A DNA stretch of 64,000 bases from Anthoceros angustus (Eukaryota; Plantae; Anthocerotophyta). Below, piece after piece: positions 11,648 through 23,191 of this stretch (the stretch's first letter is position 1; each line of letters opens with the position of its first letter). A program made the translations under genes and the position numbers. The stretch is from the NCBI GenBank assembly GCA_010909165.1, contig VJWM01000187.1, positions 186,001 through 250,000 on the forward strand. The letters are read 5' to 3'. The notes under the pieces are model-generated. The model was not told the origin of the DNA, made no database searches, and saw only the letters and a list, made by a program, of their open reading frames with translations.

Positions 11648-12451
11648 CCCGTCGCTGCATAAACCTCCCCCCACCAAGATCCTCCCCCTCCCGCCTCCCG
11701 GAATTCAAAAATCCTCCTCCCTTCCTACCGCCCAGCAGCCGTTGAGAACTTCAGACAGCCCAAATCTCGATCTGCCAGTGCAGCCCAAATCAGAAGCACC
11801 CAGAAGCGCAAGCAACAGTCCCGGCCCTTTGTATCCCGTAGGGCAAGGCAGGACTCCGGAATGCGTGCTGGGAGATCACCAAATTCGGAACATCCCAGGC
11901 CCAGACGGGCAGGGCAGGTGGGTGCGGAGCCATGTTGCAGCACGTCGTTGGGGTCAGAGTCACGCGCATCCAGGCCCTGGTCCCGGCGGCCCGGCACCGG
12001 AGTTGCTGCCACGCCGATCTCCCTGCCCCCGCCTCCCCAGCCGCTCGTCCTGCTGGTGGGCAGTCCTAGGGCAGATTCGCAGCCGCTTCCTGCTCCCGGC
12101 TCTCGCGCCCACGTCTTCTCAGGCTGCGTCGCCTGCGTGTCGGGCAGCCCAGCAGCCGCGGCCCGTCCCTGCCTTTCTCCAGGCTCATCCTGTCTCGGGA
12201 ACCGAGCTGTCACCCCAGGGGTTGGTGGGGGACTCGCTCTCGCTCTGACAGCCATCCCAGGTGGTCGGTGCGGCCCGAGCCCGGCTGTGGTGTCTGGCCG
12301 GCCACGGAACCTCGAGCTCCTGCCTCGCGTAAGACATCACTGTCGCGGGTTGTGATCGAGCGCTGCTGTACGGCTAGTTGTGTGTTTGTGTAGCCCGCCT
12401 GCCTCTGTCGTGGTCCAGCCTCCAGGCACCGTTGCGTTCTGCTCTCGGAGC

Positions 12452-13779
12452 ATGGAGAGGTCCGTATGCGCGCCCCTGTACTGCTGCGCCCGCCTCCTGC
12501 CGCCCAGGCCGGCTTCGTCGTTGATTCCGGGCTTCGATCTCGGCAAGTCCCTGCCCGGGAGGCGGCAATGGGAGCAGGCGGGGGCGGAAGGGAGTGCGGT
12601 GGGTCTGTCCCTGCCGCTTTGGGGCTCCGGGAGGAGTGATGGGAGCGGTCGCTTCTTCCTGGGAGATAGTCTCGGGGGAGTTTGTGCTGTGATGGTGGCT
12701 GCTGCGGCTTTGTGGGCGGATTTACCTGCTCTGGCCGCTGCTGTGCCTCCTCCGGCCTCGGCCAGCACGCCGTACTCGCAGTCGGAGCGCCTGCAATTAG
12801 GGCTTCGCAATGGGTGAGGATTCTTTCATCTCTCGGCTGGCGACATGCTTACTCTGAACACACAAGGTTCGGGATGGCTTGCACCGAGAGTGTGTGTTCT
12901 GCGTTCCAGAATGAATGCCTTTAGTCTGAGAGGAAGACTTGAATGTCGTGGATGAGTCTGACACACAAGAGTGCTTGTGTGTGTTGCACTTCAGAATGAA
13001 GACATGAGCATGAGCATCTTGGATGAGTCTCTCCTCATGGCTGTTTCTGTCGGATGAAGAGTGTGCAGTTTGAGAGAGGAGAGCTCTGCTCTGCTCTGCT
13101 CTGCTCTGCTCTGCTGCTGCTGCTGCCGAAGGAGCTGATGAGGTGTGGTTTGGGGCCTGTAGGAGGATCCAGGCCTGCCCTCTGGACATCAATCCCAACT
13201 GTGTTTCCACCTCCTCCAACAATGCCGGCTATGCATTTCCCTGGATTGTGCCGGAAACCAGCTCCTCCAACGCTGTCAAGGTCTGCGTTGCCGTGCATCC
13301 TGCTTCTCCCTAGCACTGGTGGCAGCATGTGCCTCAGCCTTCACCTTGTGACTCCGTCTGCAGAAAATTGAGAGTGCAATTCTAGCCACGCAGAAGAACC
13401 CAGAGATTGTGAAGTTGCAGGCAACAGAGCTAGGTGAGTTGTGAGCAAACCCGTCTACCGACTTTGTGAGGGGAGCAACTTGTGTCGAGCCCAGGATGAT
13501 GCTTTGGGTATGCAGCTCTGAGATGGATGAATGAACGTGAACACCTCAGGTACCTATCTGGTGGCAGAAATTGACGGATTTTTCGGTCGAGATGTGATGG
13601 AATTTCTGGTGAGAAGTGACGTTGTCACGTACAGGTCCATGGCAAAGAAAGTAGTGTACGTGTATCCCTTCACCACCCCTTTGGGTGATTTTGGGACTCA
13701 GCAGAAGAGAATGAAGGTTCTGGAAGAGGAGCTTGGTTGGAGTTCACCTAGCTACGAGGACTCTCTACAAAATCTTTGA
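12452..13779 (+). CDS. Thylakoid lumenal 17.9 kDa protein (DUF1499-like); exons 12452-12813, 13163-13280, 13364-13433, 13550-13779
   Basis: The spliced product has a transit peptide and hydrophobic lumen signal, then TPYSQSERLQLGLRNGRIQACPLDINPNCVSTSS...KIESAILATQKNP...RDVMEFLVR...VYVYPFTTPLGD...LGW. All introns are GT..AG and keep frame. Confidence 0.88.
13084..13125. repeat. (CTCTG)6 microsatellite followed by (CTG)n, intronic
   Basis: Read directly from the sequence. Confidence 0.9.
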
Positions 13780-14013
13780 ACTGTACAGAGTCGTCTGGAT
13801 TTCATTCCTTCCCCCGAACAGGAGATGTTAGATAACGATACATTGTACTACCCGGCATAAGCAATATTGTTAACACCCCGTGGACAGATATTATTGCGTA
13901 GCTGATCGGAACTTCTAACTCCAAGCTCTAGATCCTACAGACTTCCTCCATGGAGACATGCTCGATCATTTCTGAGCGTTGCCAAAATTTGGGAAAAACT
14001 AAAAAACTTTGCA

Positions 14014-14880
14014 TCAAAACGTGGTGTCCGTTTTCCCCTGGAAGGCAAGGGCAGGATCCAGACCCAAAGCTTCCAAAATGGATTCATTGGTAGGATGATC
14101 TGCAAATGTTTTCTGCCTGAAATCCAACAGAACAGATCCACCCTTGGCTAACACGAAAGTTGCCCCTAGTTGCCTGCGCAAGTCAGATTCAACGTGTCGT
14201 TAGTTGACCATACACATCGAGAAACCTAGCTAGTGTCGACCCCGAGAGCCAGGCGTACCTTCCATCGCCCACGGTTTTGTTGTGTGGAAGGAAGCTATAT
14301 CTTTTGTAAGCTTCCTTGACTGATTTGTCGGTCAGGAGCATCTTCAAAGCACCGAGAGCACCCACAGACTTGATCTGCAAGGCCGCGTGAATCTTCTTCC
14401 CATTGTCAACGTACAGCTCCTTCCCCTTCCAAAATTCCCCCTTCACAAACTCTTCTGCGCCAGTCTGTTCAATCCCTGTGATAGGAAACCGTGTCAGCGG
14501 CGAACTCCAACAAAACCCAGAGCTCGCAGCATCCTAAAAAACCCACCTACAGCCACAACCCGCACTCCACTCTGCTCCAAAATGGGCACAATCTTTGAAA
14601 GCTCCAAGGCGTTGCCCCTGCAAAGCGGGCAACCAAATCTGCGGAGAACGTGAATAACTGCAGGCTGCATGCACAGAACCCGACAAAAAATCATCAGACC
14701 CCAAGCCTGAACTCGTGAAAGGGCCAAGCAGACCGGCAGGCACCAGCACCATCAGCTAACCTGGTCCCGCCACAATGTGGCTATCTGTACAGTCTTCTCC
14801 TCTCCAGGCCCAGAGACCTTCTCCAGCTCAAGCTTCCCTATGGCATCAGCGATTGCTGTGGATCCCTTCCCCTGTCCCAT
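14014..14880 (-). CDS. Peroxiredoxin-like 2 / AhpC-TSA_2 (FAM213/prostamide synthase-like) thioredoxin-fold protein, multi-exon
   Basis: Exons give MGQGKGSTAIADAIGKLEL...TLWRDQ | PAVIHVLRRFGCPLCR...VRVVAV | ...EEFVKGEFWKGKELYVD...VGDGR | QLGATFVLAKGGSVLLDFRQKTFADHPTNESILEALG...F*. The RRFGCxxCR and GD..QLG.TFV motifs are family-typical. Confidence 0.87.
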
Positions 14881-15651
14881 GCTGCTACAAGTTGATGAAC
14901 GTCCCTGAAAAAACCCAAGAGCCTCTTCCTGTCGGCGGTGGCTTAGCAGCAAAACTAACCAGGATAGATGCACGGCGGATCAGCTAGTAAACAGGCAGCC
15001 TCAGCTAGTACAGCACATTGCTAAGAACTTGTGAGCAGCAGCAGCATTTTATGTTGAGCACAATGTAGCCGGCTCTCAAGCAGGTGCTGCCAGCTCCCCC
15101 AGGAAATGGCCTGGAGGCACCTGTGTCTGACACACGGCTGCTTCCTGCTACATGGTCATATGGACGTCGTCTTGAACGCTCCACCTTCACAACGTCGCGG
15201 TCCACTCCGCTTGTCTCGGTAGCTCCGTTGTCGAACCCACGGCTCGCCACGAGTACTCTTATTACAGGCTCCTGTCTTTCGAGTAAAGCGAAAACATCAT
15301 GTTTTTCTGGGGTGTTTACTCTATTTTCTGAGGTCGGGCTTGGAGTAGACACCAGAAAATTATGGTGTGGTCGCTTTGTGGAGACATCCACGCTTGGAAT
15401 AGCAGGTCTCACTGGCTCAAGTATGAGTGATGACCTTAATAATAAGCATTAGGACGCAAGCACCATGACAGCAGCGTGACGGAAAATCTTCCTTCTTGCT
15501 TTCCTTAGAGGATAGGCGATTGCATGTACACTCCCGGAGACCAGCTCTGCAGGAGATAGCATCGTTACACATAGTACTGATCACTTGCTGAAAAGTGAGA
15601 CATTGTCAAGAAGGCTCCAACTCTCGTGATTAGGACACTGTATCACATCTT

Positions 15652-16383
15652 TCAGAAGAACAAAGAGGCCCAGGCTCCCATGAACGCAAATCCTCCAAGA
15701 GGAGCTGTTTTGGCGTACGATCTGTCCTCGAGAAACGCTACAGCATAGCATCTGCAGTATGGCAGACTTTCTCTCAGCATCAGCTGCTGACAATTTGGGA
15801 TCTCGCATTCATCAGCCTTCCCCCAAATGAAAAAACAAAACAGAGGTTGAGCATGACACTCACGTTCCGGAGAAAGCAATAATCCCTAACGTGAGGAGCC
15901 CGCCGAACTGCACACACAGACCGGATTGTGATTTGGTCATAAAAAACCAGAGCATCCAACTGCCACAGCAGTGGAGACTCAAAAAGAACAAGATCCAACA
16001 CTCACAACGTGCGGGTACTTCGTCAGAGGGGCTCCGAGCAGTGCTGTCGTGTGGATAAAGTGATACACATTGGCTGTTTGCCAAACCTGCCAACATCCCG
16101 ATCTACAGTGAGGAACATCGGGAAACCCTAAACAAGCTTCAGGCAGGAATTCTAGCTCCTGTGCACTCAAAGAACTCACATCTTTGTATGCTGGATTCTT
16201 TGGCTTAAACATGTGAGATCCATATGTCCCCAACCCCACTGCAGCCAAGCCTGCAAGCAGCCATTACGAAACACTCGGCTGTGAAGCACAGCACAATTAC
16301 CAGGCAGCAAGGCTAATGAGGAGGATGAAAGCGATTTGGATACCGGACACCGCGGCCACCTTGTGCCAGCGCTTCGGATCCAT
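15652..16383 (-). CDS. TMEM256 / DUF423 small membrane protein, 5 exons
   Basis: Exons MDPKRWHKVAAVSG | LAAVGLGTYGSHMFKPKNPAYKD | VWQTANVYHFIHTTALLGAPLTKYPHV | FGGLLTLGIIAFSGT | CYAVAFLEDRSYAKTAPLGGFAFMGAWASLFF*. Confidence 0.9.
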
Positions 16384-16557
16384 GGATCGTGAGAAAAACG
16401 AAGTTGCCATTGGAAGATGTTACACGCTCACAACTGCACAACCTTGATTTCCTTTCAACCGGGAAAGCAGTGAAGCACAGCTACTCTAAGTGAATAAAGA
16501 AAGATATTGCGGATCAACAGTCTTAAACACACAAAATGACCGCATTTTCTGTCATGG

Positions 16558-16630
16558 CACCCCCGGCGGGACTCGAACCCGCAATCCCCTGATTAGAAGT
16601 CAGATGCCTTATCCATTAGGCCACGGGAGC
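16558..16630 (-). tRNA. trnR-UCU: tRNA-Arg (anticodon TCT), intronless
   Basis: Minus strand GCTCCCGTGGCCTAATGGATAAGGCATCTGACTTCTAATCAGGGGATTGCGGGTTCGAGTCCCGCCGGGGGTG (73 nt) folds as a cloverleaf, with A box, anticodon loop CTTCTAA and B box GGTTCGAGTCC. Confidence 0.96.
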
Positions 16631-16735
16631 TTGCTGGCTGGTGAGACCGATGAAATAAATTATAACACATAAAATTTACTTATTCACCACCACCGTTCCT
16701 ACACCCGACCTCCCCCAAACTTGGAGAAAGCAGCC

Positions 16736-17518
16736 ATGGCGGAAGAAGAAGTGGAGGCGGCGCGCAACCCCGACTCCAAGGATCTGCAGCAGCAGAGCAA
16801 GGCCTTGGACTCGCTGACGGACCATGTGGAGGACCGTCAGCTTGATTCCACCCGAGTGCAGCAGGTTGTGCCCTTATCGTGGTCCTGGAGCCTTGTTTCG
16901 ATCCTCTTGTTTGTTAGTAGTGGACCTTGTCAGCAGTCCGCGACCAGTCTACGAACCTACCAAACAAGAAGATCCTTCGTAGACTGGTCGGGGATTGCTG
17001 ATTGCTCTGTGGAGGACGTTTGAATTGGCGTCTGCTTGTGACGGGAGGGAGGATGGCACCTAGGGTTTCAACCGGATGGTCTGAGGTATTGTGTTGACGG
17101 TTTTTCCATTCCTGTGCCCTTGTCCTGGCAGGCTATGGCATCCATTGCGGCCACTGCTGAAGCAGATCGTAACGCGCAGAGGCTGAGGTCATCTGATTGT
17201 TTCATAGGCTGCAAGATCGAGCTTGCGTTCTGCGTGTAGTTTGGGGTGGAGGTATTTATGCAACTGCATGTTTATAGGGAGAAGGAATTGGCTTCTGTGA
17301 AGATCAACGCTGCTGACATCGATGTAATTGCTACTGAGCTCGAGGTATTGCATCTGAAGCTGTCCCGGATATGGTTTTCTTCTGTGGCCCTGGTGTGAAT
17401 GCGTTACTCAGATTTCGTGGTATTTGTGCGTTTGCAGCTGGATAGGAAGATCGCTGAAAGGAGACTGAGGGAGCATCTGGGTGACGCTACTGCTGCTATT
17501 CGCTCATTTCTCGTATGA
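16736..17518 (+). CDS. HYPK: Huntingtin-interacting protein K (NatA regulator), 4 exons
   Basis: MAEEEVEAARNPDSKDLQQQSKALDSLTDHVEDRQLDSTRVQQ | AMASIAATAEADRNAQRLR | EKELASVKINAADIDVIATELE | LDRKIAERRLREHLGDATAAIRSFLV*, with GT..AG introns. Confidence 0.92.
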
Positions 17519-18001
17519 TTTATTTCTGCGAACATTCACAGGATGGAAAGGTTTGCAGGGTGGCAAATTTTAGCAAGAAAATTTCTGACATTTGGTATTG
17601 GACGCTTTTGATCAATGTAGTGCGAGGGTTTCAATCTTTCTGACAGACTCACTCCTTTTCATGATCAGATGGGAGGAATTAGGGGCCAGCAATGGTGGCA
17701 TCCGTTTGTCTTGCAGAGCTCCAAGTAGTTGGCCCGAGGAGTAAACAATTTTGTTTTTTTCCAAGTTGCAACGTAGAGCACTTTGATGTTTTTACGTGCT
17801 CATCATGCGGCCTCCCAACGTGTTCTATGCTTTTCAAATCCTAACTAGCTTCCTCCAGTCTAGTGTAACTGTGGCAGGGTCCCACAGATGTGTCACATCT
17901 ATGAAGGCCTGCTGTCTGTCCTTACAAGGCTCCAGTCTCACGCGTTACCTGCACCGGTGGTGCCCTCTCTCACCTTCCCCCATCCTATGCTGCACCTGAG
18001 C

Positions 18002-19918
18002 CTATCTCATGCTCCAGCCCAGCATGAGCCCTGCACCAGCAAGGCTGAGGCCCAAGGTGAACGCCAGTCCCACCGTGGACTCCATCACAACACATGACCC
18101 ATCTGATCTCCACTTGATTGGTGACTGCTTTTCTTCTTGCATTTGCAAAAGCTGATACCTTACGGTATGCCCCTTTCCAGTGTTTCTCCAATGGTAGTGA
18201 GACAAGTGTTCCAGCGCCTTGATAGGATTGAATGTGCTGTGCTGCACCCACACAGAGTTCTTGCAAAACGCACGCAAGCAAAAATTTTCAGCCTCCAATG
18301 AAGCCACACGGCGCCGGTAATATGTCAGTGTTGCAGCTTCTCTGCAAAACATGTGAGCAAGCTGCTCCTTCTCCCGGTTGGCAATCTCAGCTACTTTGCG
18401 AGATTGCCTGGCGTCTTTCTCTGCCTCTCGAGCCCGGGTCTGCGAGCGGCACAGGGCTTGCCCCAGAAGCCCAGGTTCCCGCTCGAAGCAGCTGCTCTCT
18501 CCTTCCTCTCCGCACCAACTTCCGCTCGGACTGGGTGTGACGTGGCAGCGAGACCCGGCGTCAGTCCCTCAAACGTTTGCAGAATGGGAGGGTGGACGAG
18601 GTAGGGTGGCCGGCTCGTACCTGTTTAGCCTTTGGGAGTCATCCCAACTTGGAGAAGCAATGGTTGCAGTTTTAGAAGTCTCCGGCAGCTCTAGTTCTTT
18701 GTGCTGCAGACGGCCAGGAGCAACACTCATGCTGCTGTTGCCGAAGATGATGTTGAGCAGAGTCGGGGACAGCCCCAGGTTTTCAAGCTGGGTTTGATTG
18801 TCCTTACTGAACAAGGACTCCATCACCTTCTTGTTCATGGACTGAGAGAGGCTCAGTTCATAGAAGGAGGGAGAACGTGCCTTCATCTGCGGACTACTCT
18901 CACTGCTCTGAGGGGTGGGAAGATCACAGTTTTCCAAGCAGTCAGAAGCCTTCTGCGCAACCAGAGCGGCGAGCTCGTGCTTGCCAGCTGTTCGCCACCA
19001 CACACTGCTCTCGGTCTGGGACTGGGACTTGTACTCTGTGGGTGATGAGACTGCCACGAACCCATCAGTAGTCGCAGCAGGTAAGTCGCAGTTTTCCAGG
19101 CAATCTGCTGCCTTCTTGGCTACCAGGGTGGCCAGTTCCTCTGGACTGGCAGTGCGCCACCACACTGTGGTTCCTGTTTGGAGCTTGGACGGTGGGCCTG
19201 GTGGAGACATGAAGGAGCTACAAATGACACTGTTCCAGAACATCCTCGACTGATCATCGTCCACACTGGATCTGTCCGGAAACCATATGCTCTCGCCGTC
19301 TCCAAGGTGCTCCATCCTGCTCCTGCTGCTGCTGCTGTGGGAAGTGCCATTCTCACTGCTTCCTCCATCATTTTCTTGGCCTCCAGTGACAGGCACAAAC
19401 TCGTCCTCCTCAAAGCTACGTCTCCACCCTGGAGCTGCGAAGGAGGAATTCGAAGACTCCAAGGAGGGGCAGTCTGCTTGGCTATCCACCACCACCTGCC
19501 ACTCCAGGTCCAGGGCGGACTCTTCAGGACTGGATGCCAAGCTCAGCAGGCCTGCAATCCCCTTGGCAGACATGTGTTTCTGATCCTCCAGCTTCTCCGA
19601 GCCCTCCCCGAATCCTATGCACCTTCTGGGACAGCGCATATGCCGGGAGCTGGAGAGCTTGGTGGGGATCTGAACCGCGCTCCACTGGAACTCCAAGTTG
19701 CTCTCCGGAGGCGAGCGTGCATCCAGTGCTGCCCAGCTGTCACTGAGAAACAAGGACTCGATCCCGTTGTGCTGGTCCTCTGGCCTGATGTGTGCAGATG
19801 CATAGGCATACGGCAAGCGAGGCATGTCCAGGTCCATCTCCATTTCCTTCTCCACCAAAAACTGCTCTGCCGACGCGCGCAGCCAGACGGTTTGTGACTG
19901 CGCACCCAGCGTGTGCAT
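18002..19918 (-). CDS. Plant-specific uncharacterised tail-anchored coiled-coil protein (WWRT...LENCDLP / ALCRSQTRAREAE family)
   Basis: ORF 18569-19918 carries WWRTA.....LA.LVA.KA.DCLENCDLP twice. A downstream frame reads ALCRSQTRAREAEK...MFCREAATLTYYRRRVASLEAEN and ends in the hydrophobic tail VGLAFTLGLSLAGAGLMLGWSMR*. An intron or frame change near 18480-18570 is not resolved. Confidence 0.75.
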
Positions 19919-21120
19919 GTTGTCGCCCTGTCTGCTGCTCGTTGCAGAGTCTCTGCACCATCAACAACGAAGGAATTGCTTAACCTCGAACTCATTGCTA
20001 CACACGAAGTCAAGCCCAATTCAGCCTGATTCACGCTTTGCTGCACACAACATTCAAGCCCAATTCAGCCTCATTCAGCAGCACGCGTGCTCACTCCGGA
20101 AGTTCACCTTCCAAACTGGCCATGCACCGCCATGCTTGGAACAACGCTGTGTTGCATTTGATTCAGTTATTCGACGATCATTTCAATCTCGTATGATTTC
20201 ATTCTCCTCCAACTTCTTGATCCTGCGTGCACGCATCGTGAGTCCGAACTCTTCGAGCAAGCCCAGCATCTCCGACTCTGACAAAACACCTCTCATTATA
20301 TGTTCACGGAACTCCTCGCAAACTCTGCAAACGAACTTAGCAGAATTCCCGAGTACCCGTCTTCCACCCACAGAAACACTTCCCCAAGGAAGCCGAGGAG
20401 ACCCAATCAGGATCAAGCAAGATGATGCCACAAATTCCACACTAAAAAACTGGGTCCCCAATCACCCACCACGTGTGCCTGGTGCCTTTCAGATCCTCCA
20501 CAACCCACTGCCCACAATTCTACGTAACATCGATCCACAGCCAAGAAGAAAACGGAACAAGAGCGGCCCACTCTCCAGGCCAAGAACAATCCTCTCCTCA
20601 AACTCCCGAGTTCCCACCAACCACCCCTCCAGAGGCACAGGCACAGGCAAAGGACGACGCAATCGGGATCTGCTGTCCAGGCAGTTTCTCTCAGTGCCAC
20701 AAACACTCTTGTCGCCCACCAGACTCAGCAGGCTCCTCCCAAACACTCCTGTCGAAAGCAATGCGTGCCCATGATTCAAAACCTACTGCTGGTGCGAAAT
20801 TCCCAGCCCGGACTGATCGTGAACCCGTGATAAACGTACCCACATACCTGCGAGGGAAACACACCAAGGAGAGTTGTCCCAATTGATGCATCAAGCAGTA
20901 CGACAAACTGGAATTTTCCTCCTCCATCCCGCGTCATCCTTCTCCCCGACTACACTACGGCACCCGTGAAATGGTGATGAAAGCTGGCTGCCACGAGAGA
21001 GCTCCAGAAGCCATCCATGACCGGTGAGTACCTGAAACCACCGGGTGGCGCACCAGGTTCACCGGCCACCAGCCTGGTGTGTTCTTAACTGTTGTTTCGC
21101 AACAACCGACAGCCCGGTTG

Positions 21121-21196
21121 TCTCGTCTCATCTCGTCTCATCCTGTTTCAATTCGTCTCGACTCGTCTTAGCTTGTTCGACTCGACTCGACTCGAC
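21121..21196. repeat. Pentanucleotide (TCTCG/ACTCG)-type microsatellite
   Basis: TCTCGTCTCATCTCGTCTCA...TCGACTCGACTCGACTCGAC read directly. Confidence 0.7.
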
Positions 21197-21378
21197 CCGT
21201 CCCGTCGCTTGCTCTCAGCCATCATGGTCACGCCAAGAACCTGCAAGAACGGCTCCCCTCTCCCCCGCACATCTCATCCCATCTCACGCAGATCCCTCGC
21301 CACCAGATCCACGGACCCGACGGATTCCACCTTCCACCTACAGCGAATCCGCCCTGAAATCACATGTATGCAAGATCC

Positions 21379-23068
21379 ATGGCCGCGGCGCCGGACGCAC
21401 CACAGAACGGGTCTCCGCTTCCTCTGCAGCAAGACGAGAGCGACTCCGACACGGACGCCTCCAGCTTCAGCCTCTCCCGCCTCCGGCTAGAGCAGAAACA
21501 GCGCGACCCGGACAACACCGGCATTCAGGCGCCATGCATCCTGCTTCTCCTCTTCCTCTGCGCGCTCATCTCCTACAAGGCGTCGACTTCATGGCCGGCC
21601 CCGGGCCCCCCACTCCTCGGAGCCAACCCTAACCCCGGTTCCGTCCCGGCCACCATCGCCAAACTCTCCGAGCAGCTCAGGCTTGCCACTCCGCCCGCGC
21701 ATCCGGCCGAGCCCTCGGAGCTCCGGGAGTGGGAGCAGGCCAACCCCTGCCGCAGCCGGCTGGAGCTCCCGCAGCAGTACCTGGCCCGGCGCGAGGCCAT
21801 CCATCCTCCCCGCCATCTCCCGGGCCTGCTGCAGCAGTACGAGGCGCTCCACCGGCGATGCAGGCGGGCCGCCCCGACCTCACCCTCGCCTTCCTCTCCA
21901 AGAACGACTCCTCGGGTTGCAGATTCCTGGTGGCGGAAGCCGGGAACGGGATCGGGAACAGGATTCTCTGGAGCGCGTCGAACTTGCTGTACGCGATCCT
22001 GACGCAGCGCGTGCTGCTCCTGGATCCGAGGTCGCGCGTCCCCGACCTCGTATGCGAGCCCTTCCCGGGCTCGTCCTGGCTCGCGCCGCCAGACTTCCCG
22101 TTCGCGGACCTGCGGCCCGAGCTGTGGGCGACGGCGGAGGAGTTCACGTCAAAAATTGACGGCGGGAAAGGCAAGCCGCCGTCTGTTTACGCGGCGCGGG
22201 AGACGATTCTTGGGGCCCGGCCGCGCGCTTCTACTGCACCACGGAGCAACGCGCCTTCCAGGCAGTTCCCTGGCTCACGCTCGGGGGATGCCTCTACTTC
22301 CTCCCGGAGCTCTTCGCCGTGCCGGCTTTCCGGCCCGTTCTGGAGGCGCTGTTCGGGGAACGGATTCCGTTGACGCACCTGCTGCGGTACGGGCTGCTGC
22401 CGGTGGACGCGGTGTGGGCGCGGGTGAAGCGGGTGCAGAAGGCGTACATGCGGGACGCCGACCGGGTCGTGGGAGTGCACGTCCGGTACCGGGACGGGTA
22501 CGCGGAGTACCAGGAGCGGAACGGGGTGGTGAACCGGAACGTGCTGAACTGCGCGGTGGAGAACGGGATTTTGCCGAACCGTTCCGTGGAGATTTGGGGA
22601 GGGGAGGGGGATGGTGAGGAGAGACGGGTAATGGTGTTTATCGCGTCCTTGTACGGGGGGTTGTACGATTATCTCGGGCGAAGGTTCCCAGAAGAGGGCA
22701 CGAAGAGCGGGGAGGTGGTGGGGTTGGTACAGCTCACCCGGGAAGGAGACCAGTATTCTGGGCTGGATGTGGATGAGAGAGCTTTGGTGGAGATTATGTG
22801 CTTGAGTCTGGCTGATCAGCTGCTCACCAGCCCCATGTCCACGTACAGTGAGCTGGCTCAGGCGTATGGGGGGCTCACTCCGTGGATCATCAGCTTCGAG
22901 GAAGGTGGTGGGTGCATCCGGGGGCAGTCCATGGATGGGTGCTACCAGGGGGGAGCATCCACCTATGTATGTCCTTATGATCCTGAACTGGATGGCAAGG
23001 CCGTGGTGAAGCTGGTGCCATCCCTGAAGCCCTGTCAGGATGCCTCTGGGCTGCAGCTGGTTCACTGA
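21379..23068 (+). CDS. GT37 (xyloglucan/AGP) alpha-1,2-fucosyltransferase, intronless, with two apparent frameshifts (~21860, ~22210)
   Basis: Type II TM segment (ILLLLFLCALISY), NPCRSR, YEALHRRC, then in a new frame GNGIGNRILWSASNLLYAILTQRVLL...LVCEPFPGSSW, then RFYCTTEQ...VPWL...YFLPELF, VGVHVR, ALVEIMCLSLADQLLTSPMSTYSELAQAYGGLTPW. Confidence 0.85.
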
Positions 23069-23191
23069 TGAAAAAGGTTAGGAGAGGCGAAGCACGAAAA
23101 GGGGGGAATATGAGTGAGTGAAAGAAGGGACGAATGGATTAATGGTGGAGCAAGAATTTTGACATGAAAGAGTGAGTAGTACTACAGGTGG

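Noticed and set aside
9073-12355. Many + strand ORFs (up to 267 aa) over and upstream of the 5-phosphatase
   Set aside because: Antisense shadows of a GC-rich coding region with no recognisable domains.
15005-15452. Overlapping 135/122-aa ORFs between PRXL2 and TMEM256
   Set aside because: No ATG start and no family motifs. Probably UTR or promoter sequence.
19824-20927. 316-aa + strand ORF and neighbours
   Set aside because: Low-complexity translation antisense to the probable 5' UTR and introns of the WWRT-family gene.
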